Shown here piece after piece: positions 54,901-64,000 of a stretch of 64,000 nt of DNA. The DNA is from Chrysomallon squamiferum. Its lineage: Eukaryota > Animalia > Mollusca. Positions within the stretch are counted from its first letter, which is position 1. Each line of letters opens with the position of its first letter. Location of the stretch: contig CM022671.1 in assembly GCA_012295275.1 (NCBI GenBank), positions 18,848,001 to 18,912,000 of the forward strand, read 5' to 3'. The notes under the pieces are model-generated. The model was not told where the DNA came from. It saw only the letters and a list, made by a program, of their open reading frames with translations, and made no database searches. The position numbers and the translations under genes are program-made.

Positions 54901-57900
54901 TACAATCTCTCTTAAAAATGGTAATAATTAATAAATCATTTCAGTCACTTTTTATTCATAAGTAATGTTTTTAGCATAGAATAACAAATTATTTGCCATA
55001 TTAAACTATTATTCAGAATATTATCTTTCTGATATTCCAACAGTTTTATTCCATAATAAGTATTGTCTATAACAAAGAAAAATAAAGAATTATTTGTTAT
55101 GATATTGTTATAAGATATTCCTGTTTTTCAACATAAATGGCCAGACAGTAGATATTATATTTATTTTTAAAAAACATTTTAATGTTTTATAATTTTCTTT
55201 TTTAATCTTGTCGTTTGAAGATAGTCTCACTGTTTATTGGACTGCTTATTTTTGCCCTTTTTTTCCTATGGCTTAATCTGGAACAATCAGATAAAAGAAA
55301 TTTAAATTTCTGATTTACTGTTATTGGTATTGTGTAAATAACTTGGAGTATGACTGTGAGTAATAAGGTAAGTGAGTAAATTACCTTTTATATACATATG
55401 TCATCCTTTGAACTGAAATCACAATCATTATTAATATTAAAGATAAAATTATGGGTTGACACTCGTGGCTAAAATAGTTACTTTCCGATTCATAACTTTT
55501 AATTTTTTTTTCTTTTACCATTAACATATATATTTTATATTTATGTCCAGAGTCCTTGTTTTTCCCAAGGATAGTAAAATTAATTTTTTCTACCACCAGT
55601 TTCTAGTTCAAAACATATCAGTAAAAATGCTGAAAATGCATTCTTTTTTTTTTTTTTTTTTTTATTGCTCAGTCATTTTGTTAATCATTTAGCTGACATA
55701 TATGTATATGTATATTTACATATGAATACATACACATACTAGGTTTGGTTTTTGCATATATTACAAACAATATTTGAGATATCAAGTTCATATTCTGTGA
55801 CATATAATACAGGAAAATAGTTTTCAGCATCTTTGATGTGTTTAATATTCATATATTCAAGTAGCTTAAAATAGATGAAGATAAGTTTTACACAGTTAAA
55901 ATGACACACTATCTTACAGCAGTATGTAACTCAGTATTAAATATGATGGTAGGAGATAACAGTACTGAATAGATTTCTTCAGATGGAACCATCCACTTTG
56001 TCCCCTAATCATAGCCTTTAGGCCCATTTTATTATAAATTGGCCAAATTGAACTTAGTCATGCATGTGGATGTTTTGCCAAGTGCTGTAAGGGTAGAAAA
56101 GAAAATAACTAAATATTACAATTGACAGAAACTCTCTTCCAGCTGTTCATCATTACATACAAACCCATCCACTGACACAGTAAGAGAGAGAAAGAGAGGA
56201 GGAGGAGAGGTTTTATATTGATATAAAGTTACCATTTGATTTTAACCCTCAAAATTCTTCTATTGATGTTCAGACACAGTAAATACAAATATTATTCATG
56301 TGCTGCTTTCCAACATCTGCACATACAATGTTAGTAAACCAAGGAATGTCTTACTATTGGTCATCCACACCAGTTTGACTGTAATAAATTTTGAAGGTCA
56401 GAGGTCACAGTTGTAGCTGTCATCATTTTCATTGCACAGTCTGAATCCAGACAGATAATTAATTTTGTGTTATAGATGAAAGTCATACTCTCATCAGATG
56501 AATATTTTGGGTATTTTCTTAACAGATGAACTTTTATTCCTCACTTATGAAATATAAATAGCATATTAATTTAACCTTTTTGCACAGCCAGAAGAAGTTC
56601 TCATGATAGTCCCTTTGCATCTGTCTCCATCCTCTGTTTACCTTGTTGAAGTTTTGTTGATAATTGTCATCCAGTAATTATCATCAATGTCAACAATATT
56701 GAGTATTGTTTCAAAACAAATTTTTTTCTCAGATTTAAAGAATTATTGATTTGTAAAAAAACAAAAAACAAAATTAAATTTGACTGACTGCTTCGTCAAA
56801 ACTAGAAGCAGTAACTACATCTATATAGAATTATTTTAACAAAATTAACTAAGTAAAAATTCATACATGTCATAACTTTGTTTGGTTCATTGTGGTCTCA
56901 GACTTAAATTATTACACATCCAAGCTGATTCACTTCAGAATTAAACCATCAGATTATAACTGATTATCACACTACCCTACACATTGTGAAAACACAAACT
57001 TTGGCTATTTTGGGCTAGAAAGCTGAGCTGCTAAACTAGAAATTAGTCCCATGGTATTTGGATTTCTTCCAAGTAGTATTATCTAAATAACATCATTCTA
57101 GTGTGAATACTAAGTAAAATGGAAACTGAACTTTTTTTCTTTTTTTTTAAAGCACATTTCTCCAGGTTTTGTATAATTTGATGCTTATTGTTTCACTGAA
57201 AGTAATTGTTTATTTTTAAAGTTAAGGAAGAAATACTTTATTTAATGATGAACCCATTGCATTTATTATCTATTTTTATAGTAACCACTTTCACATAATT
57301 ATGCTAATAAAACATAAGTGTTATGTTAATTAAAAAAAAAAGAGAACTTTATATCAGATAATTATGATCCTTCTCAACAGTTTCCAATAAATAAATAAAT
57401 AATAATAATTATGAAATTAAATAAAAATGGTCCGAGATATTACAAATATCATTTCCTTTTCAGTTTGATGTTTCTAGGTTACAGGTGTCAGTTTGTTTCT
57501 TTAGACTTCTTATGACAAAGTGACAAGGAAACTGAACCAAAATAGTGACAAATGACATATATGTGTCTCAGCCCTTTTCACAGTAGCAGTTTTTGACAGG
57601 AGTGGTAGAAATAACAATTCATATGATAAAAAGAACAGAAAATTAATAACAGTAATTCTTTGTGTGTCTTCAGGCATAATTCATACTTATTAACCTTCTG
57701 ACTTCTTTTTCATGCAGTGCTCTAAGGTTGTGTTAACTGTCTTTTACAAAGTTGTATGAAATAGGAAGATTACTCGTTATGGCTGTAATAAAGATTGATC
57801 ATTTTTCCTTAATATATTAACTGATTGTTTATCTATTAAGACAGTTGAGTTATAAATCTGTTGAATTAATTCTAACATTATTGTATGTTTTATTCAAAAC

Positions 57901-60900
57901 AATTTAAAAAATATATATTAAAACAAAATTTGATATTAATGTTTTCCTTGAATGAAAAAAAAAAGAAAAAAGAATAAAAATAAACTGTGAGTAGGCTTAA
58001 TATTATTGCATCCAAAAATAACTGATCCATTTTGTCTAAGCAGGACGTATTTATCTGTATATTAGGATGATGACTGCAGTTTGGTCATGTTTACTGTAGA
58101 TCTTAGATATCAGAGTAACCTACACTAAAAAGCATATTGGATATTCATATTTTTATTTATTTATTTATTTATTTATTGTGAGAAAGATACGGTTTTTATA
58201 TTATTTTTTTCTTTCTTTCATCTGTCTTTTATGTGTGTGCTGTGTAAAATCATGCTATGAAGAAAAGAAAATATAGTTCATTTTTAACATTGAGTAGATT
58301 GGTATGAAACATTGTACAAGTCATGCTACCACTATAAGTACCTTTGTGCAAAAATGTCCAGTTGGCTGCTAAAATAACTTCAGATATTTTCAATTATCTG
58401 TTTTCCTAATGTTTTATTATCTCTTATCAGTTTCAAGTAAACCAACATGCAAAATCAATAGCAAAAGAGAAGCACTTTAAAAACATACAAGAGTTAACTT
58501 GTGTTTTTGTAGTAGAGTTGACCGTTTTCACAAAACACGTTTTCAAATTGTGAATGTATTGATTAAAACATATTACAGATGCAGTGAAACTCTAAAATAA
58601 TTGGTTACCATTTTTGTAGAATTATGTTAACACAAAATAATTGCTTTGTTGAACTGTTTAGTACTGAAAAATATATAACTGTAATTGAATGTTAATAACA
58701 GAATGATATTTATCCATTGAATTTTTGTTGACTAAAGGTATTTTATATACATATAATTAAACTTATTTTATCTAGAATGCCATATCCATCAACAATCATG
58801 CATTCATCTTTAATACTGAAACTGAACTGTATTTTTTTGCATTATAAATAAATACTTCTTAAAGAAAAAAGACTGTTAATATATTTTTTTTTTTTTTACA
58901 AGATGTAATATCACTGAAACTCCAGTCCACAGTGATAACAACTATTAAATCTTTATATATTTTCAATTTATTAAAAAAATAAAATAAAATAAGAAAGTTT
59001 TGTTTGTTTGTTTGTTTTAAATAAATGAATGAAATTGTCACAATACCTCTTTAAATATTTATTAACTGTTATGTTAGGTATCAGATATAGGTTTCTTGTA
59101 TAATAATAAGAGAATAAATATACTGCAACCGTTAAACAATATTTTATAAGTGTCTTATTATAAAAAAAAGAAAGCACAGATTACAACTGTAGATAATACA
59201 GTCATGGATATTGAATGGATTTGCACTTACACACCAACAAGGATTGATTATGTGATTTCTAATGGCTCAAACCAGCTACATACAGTTTCGTTATTGTTAC
59301 TGTTTGAATAATGTGTAAATATACCATGTTTTGAGTTTGTGTTAATTTAGTTTATCCTATGAGTATTACAGCAATTTTGTCAAGATAAATACATTTAAGA
59401 TTTAAGCTAGTATTATTGATTGAAAATATACATTGATCGAGTGCTATATCAAGTTCTGCTACAGATTCTTTGCAGTAGACACATAATTACAAATACCTAC
59501 AGAGTGCAATAAAAGTAAGACACCATTTACTATCCAAATTGCAGGAATAAAACAAATGTAAAATCAATCTTCGTGAGATTTGAAACACTTGATAAAACAA
59601 CAAAGAAGCAGACATTTGTTGATTTGACCTTTCTTAAAATAAACCCAGAATATTAATTTTGTTTTCACAATGATATAATTGACCTAGTCCTTTTAGTTTG
59701 AACAAACAAAGTAAATTTTGCTAATTACAGCATCTAACAAGAAAATAAAATCCAATTTTGTAAATATTTATACAATAAAGAGTAATATATTTGTGCTTCA
59801 TTCAGGTTATTTCGAGTGCTACACATTTTCTGTATAATTCACACCATTAGCTAGGTTCACACCAAATGAATGAAAAAGCAATTTAATATTGTTGTGTAAT
59901 AATAATAAAATAGATTGTTTGAGTTGTTTAAGTGAGAAAAAAATACAAATAAACATTAAGATGTAATACGAAAACTCACTTACTTACAGCTGAATTCTTG
60001 CAGAATTCCAAATACCAGTATGAATCAGTTGGTACAGTAAAACAAGATTCAGTTGTCCATGAAGAACAGTCATGGTATTCAGGCTAGACCAGCTCATCTA
60101 AAAGAATAAAAAGATAAAAATTGTTATCTGCCTACAATTTACTAATAATTTTACAGTTTACTTATTATGTGTTTGATTTTTTAAAATCATGGCATTAATT
60201 AATCAGATTTGTATCCTAATATGTCTTAACTTTCACATTCTTTCATTTTTATATTTAATTTAAAACCATGGTTTTCTTCTTCTCTGTTATATTAAAATAA
60301 TACTACATACTGATACATGTTTTATAATTACATACTTACAGTCCATTATTATATTTCTGAATTTCATTTGCTTATTGTTATAATTATTTTATTCTTATTT
60401 TTCTTAAATGAATCTAATCCATTTATAAAAATAATCATCATCATCAACATCATAACTCAGACAGACATACACACAGATACACAGACACTAAATGACCAAT
60501 AACAAAGGGAAAAAACAAAAACGAAATAAATATAAATCAGTTGGAGGTAAGTAGTACACATGCATGCGCACACACATACACACAGCTTTTAAATGATGTC
60601 TCACAAAAAAAATGACTGTAAGTTGTGATTTCTTACTACACCATTACATTATACATGTTGCTTAATTTAGTGTGAAAGACCCAGCAAGCCATAGGAAAGT
60701 GATGTATTATAAGATAACTGGATAAGCAGCCTTCTTTTTTTTCTTTTTTTCTTTTTTCGCTCACTGAAGGTACTGAAACAGTAGATGTGTGTCACCTGTA
60801 GCAACCTAATACACTCACATATCGTCAGGGAATGTGTTTTTATTTATTGTTTATATATTAGTGATGATGTTGATGCCAGGAAAGTGGAATGTTTCCTCAG

Positions 60901-63900
60901 CACTGTTTCAGTGCAGATGTTGTTAACAGAATTCTGTGTTACTTTATTCGAAGTTGTTAATAACAAGCACAACTGAAATATATTATTACTTACAACATCA
61001 GATACTGTTTCTCAAAAGAAAGTTATCCTGAATAATTGTCAGGAGAATTTTCGTTCTTTTGTTGAAATCGGCCAAAAAAATAAAAAAATATATATTTAAC
61101 AAGACCTTGTCATATTTTAATGTTAATGATTATTAGACAACAAACTCTGATTATTTTTATACGTTGATGACTTTGGACCGATTATATCAGCTGCTCTGAT
61201 GAGTTTTTCTTATTAAAAGCTGTAACATATTTATTTTTTTGTATACCATCCTGTATAAAGGAAGTTTGAAAAAATAACTTAAAGACAATGCTATGCAGGA
61301 ATAATTAAAGAGGCACTGATCATGCAGGACATTGTTCTAACAGCTAAACAATTTCTGCTCACCCTCCCAAACTATTCTGTGTACATTTGTAAAAATAATA
61401 TAATACTATGCATGTAAGAAGTCCAGTGCATCATAATTTATTTTTATTATTATTATTGTTAATTTATTTAATAACAATATTTTTATGAGATATACAATGT
61501 ATTTCTTGTTTTCTGCTAATTTTTTTAGCTTGAACAGATAAATTTATTTATCTCACTTACCCATTATGTTAAATTTAAAATGGATAAAAAACAGTAAAGA
61601 TATAAAAATCTGTTTGTTTTTATGGTAGAATAAACCAGAAAAGACTGGGTCTCAAGTAAAATACAATAATAATAATAAAATAAAACCAAATTTCAGAATA
61701 CTTGATCTTTTATAATTTTCTATCAATAATGCCATAGTTTTGTAATAAAAATAAGTCTTTCTTTGAGATTTCTAGTTTATATTTGTTAAATACCATTTAA
61801 TTTTATTTTTATTTTTTTTTATTATTGCTACACTAAAAATTTTAAAATATTGTAAATTATTTCTTCAGTGTCTTTGGTATTTGTATTGGTTCCTTCTTTT
61901 TTCTGTTTGTAATTATATATTTATAGCAAAATAATGCATTTGCTAGACCTTTTACCTAAATTATAACTATCATAGTGTTTATGCAGCAAAATTATAATAA
62001 TATCAAGTATCCACAAGTAAGTTTAAACATTATTTACCAAAGACATCATTAAACATATCATTTCTCTGAAGCCTTTGATGAATAAACTTTGTCTTCTGTA
62101 GTTCTGTACAGACCCTGTCTTGATAACGGTGTAGTCCTTTTTTTCTTTCTGACTTAAATATTTTTTCCACTGCCATAAATGTAAAGAGCCCAGTGTATAT
62201 GATTTATGGGGTACTATATAAATGCACAAATTATTATTAGTGGTAGTTTTTTAATGTTTTGATACAATTGGAAAACAACAGACAAGACTGAGTCTATTTT
62301 CAAAGTTCATTTTTTCTTGGATTTAGTAAGAATGATTTCTAATTTATAAAGTAATGATTTCAGTATAATTTGCCAACAATTCTTTGGTTAAAAAAAAAAA
62401 TGTATACAGATTTTTAAATTTTGTGTTTTTAAATTATTTAAATGAAAAAGATGATTTATTTATTAGCATTATATTTTATGTTATTACTAATCAGATAATC
62501 TATTGAAATTTGAAGTCTGAACAAAAATTGTAGTACCTTTTCTTTATGTATAAGTAATCGGTTTTATTTAGGATTATTTTATATACTTTTTCTGTTTAAA
62601 TGAATATTTTCCTTATTATTTAGTGATAGTTAAGTGTGTGTGTGTAAATGTTTATGTGCATGTTTCTGTCTATCTTTCTATATCTCTATCTTTAGCAATT
62701 TATTTTGATCTCTATCTATTCAGAATAAATAACCTAATAATGTCTTTTAAAAAAATGACATTTTGATGAGATTTTTTATGAATAATAAATTATCCTGATT
62801 TGAATATGAATACTGTTTCAAGTCATGTAGTTGCTACTTATCAGTGTGGCACATGAATAGATACAAGCCATGTTCACTCATAACAGAACTGGCATCATCA
62901 TAAAGCAATTTATTATAAAGTTCACTGTTATCAGTAACATATTACACATATATCAACAGTATTTTTCTATTTATGGAATTAAAATTTGTTGTTTTAAGCT
63001 TGTCTGCATCATATATTTTTAATTTGGTGTATTCAATAACCACTTGGAATTACAGATTGTAGCCACAAAAATTATGATAATTTCATTCTGTTTAAATGTT
63101 TTTATTGTAATATGTATGTAGTTGTCTTTAATAATTTATAGAGAAAATTCATTTTTCAAATCTACAGTGAAAGCTGCCTCAACTGGATCATTTCAGATGT
63201 ATAATTTTAGTTCAGTAAAAACAAATATATGTTTGGTTAATCCTTCAAACATGGTAACTCTAATGACAAATAACAACACATAGAAAATAGTCCCACAGTG
63301 TGTATAATAATAAAGTACTGTGCTATTATAAATATATTATTCTAATCTTTTGAAAATGGAGAGAAAATAATACAAACTCATCTATATGATGAGTGTATAT
63401 TTTACTGTTTCTATACCTGAGAAATATCATTCAGCATGTTGAGTTAGTTATTTCTTTAAATATGAAATGAAAAGTTTATTTTTATTATTTATCCATTTAA
63501 ATCCAGATTCTTTGTTCTTTCTACTGTTTGTTGTTATATTTTTATTTTTTATTTATTTTTTATTTTTTTTTACTACTTCACTTTAAAAGGAAGTGGAAAA
63601 GTGACATTCCATATTTCATCTAAACATCCATTAATTATACTCCATGAAAAAAAATAAAGATACAAAGTGACCACAGAGGGAGTAAAAATATTTCAAAATA
63701 CATTTTAATCTTATGTGAATATGTGACAAACCCTTGACTCATTTAAGATATACTAGTTGAGACAAGCAGCAACATGAATATTCATGAGCTATCTACTGAT
63801 ATTTACATGTTATTTAACTGACCAGTTCCTGGCAGCTGTCACACAGACTTTCATACTGAAGCTTATTTATGAAAATTGCTCGAAGCTCTTTGGATTGGTG

Positions 63901-64000
63901 TATTTGTTATATACTGGTTGTCATTTACTTTTCTCTCTTTCTGCATCTATTTTTTAAATTATTGTCGATGTCTAGTTAAATCCTTTTTAATCTGCTGTTT

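Noticed and set aside
56588-56677. Acceptor cacag| followed by PEEVLMIVPLHLSPSSVYLVEVLLIIVIQ* as exon 2 of the 51451 gene
   Set aside because: It ends in a stop with no donor, has no recognisable homology and would give an implausibly short protein.
61136-61230. CTGATGAG hammerhead-like core
   Set aside because: No GAAA after stem II and no stems I/III.

Overview
Strongly AT-rich, microsatellite-rich, intron-containing animal DNA, most likely a lophotrochozoan or mollusc (inferred from gene content and repeat style). There are no prokaryotic features, CRISPR arrays, rRNAs or recognisable tRNAs. I reconstructed five genes exon by exon with consistent splice phases: (1) a type I membrane receptor with a farnesoic-acid-O-methyltransferase-like domain plus 5 EGF/laminin-EGF repeats (+, 8695-14462); (2) NRF1/erect wing (+, 17908-22316); (3) STRIP/FAM40 (+, 25099-36545); (4) SMKR1 (-, 40166-38968, apparently via a GC-AG intron); (5) a BTB-BACK + AT-hook + 9 C2H2 zinc-finger gene (+, 41870-47340) broken by a -1 frameshift in an A14 run. 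A sixth, unidentified gene begins at 51451 and has a first intron that appears to run past the window end. Repeats include Tc1 and Tigger remnants, a 526-bp palindromic mariner-type foldback in an NRF1 intron, a possible non-autonomous DNA transposon in STRIP intron 1 and a decayed duplicate of the zinc-finger gene's last exon. The most notable observations are the NRF1-STRIP-SMKR1 microsynteny shared with human 7q32, the Kelch-type BTB-BACK fused to zinc fingers with a frameshift at a slippery site, a cluster of NRF1-type motifs in the NRF1 promoter, and the foldback built from two 5' transposon ends. Coordinates were read by eye and may be off by a few bases at repeat edges.
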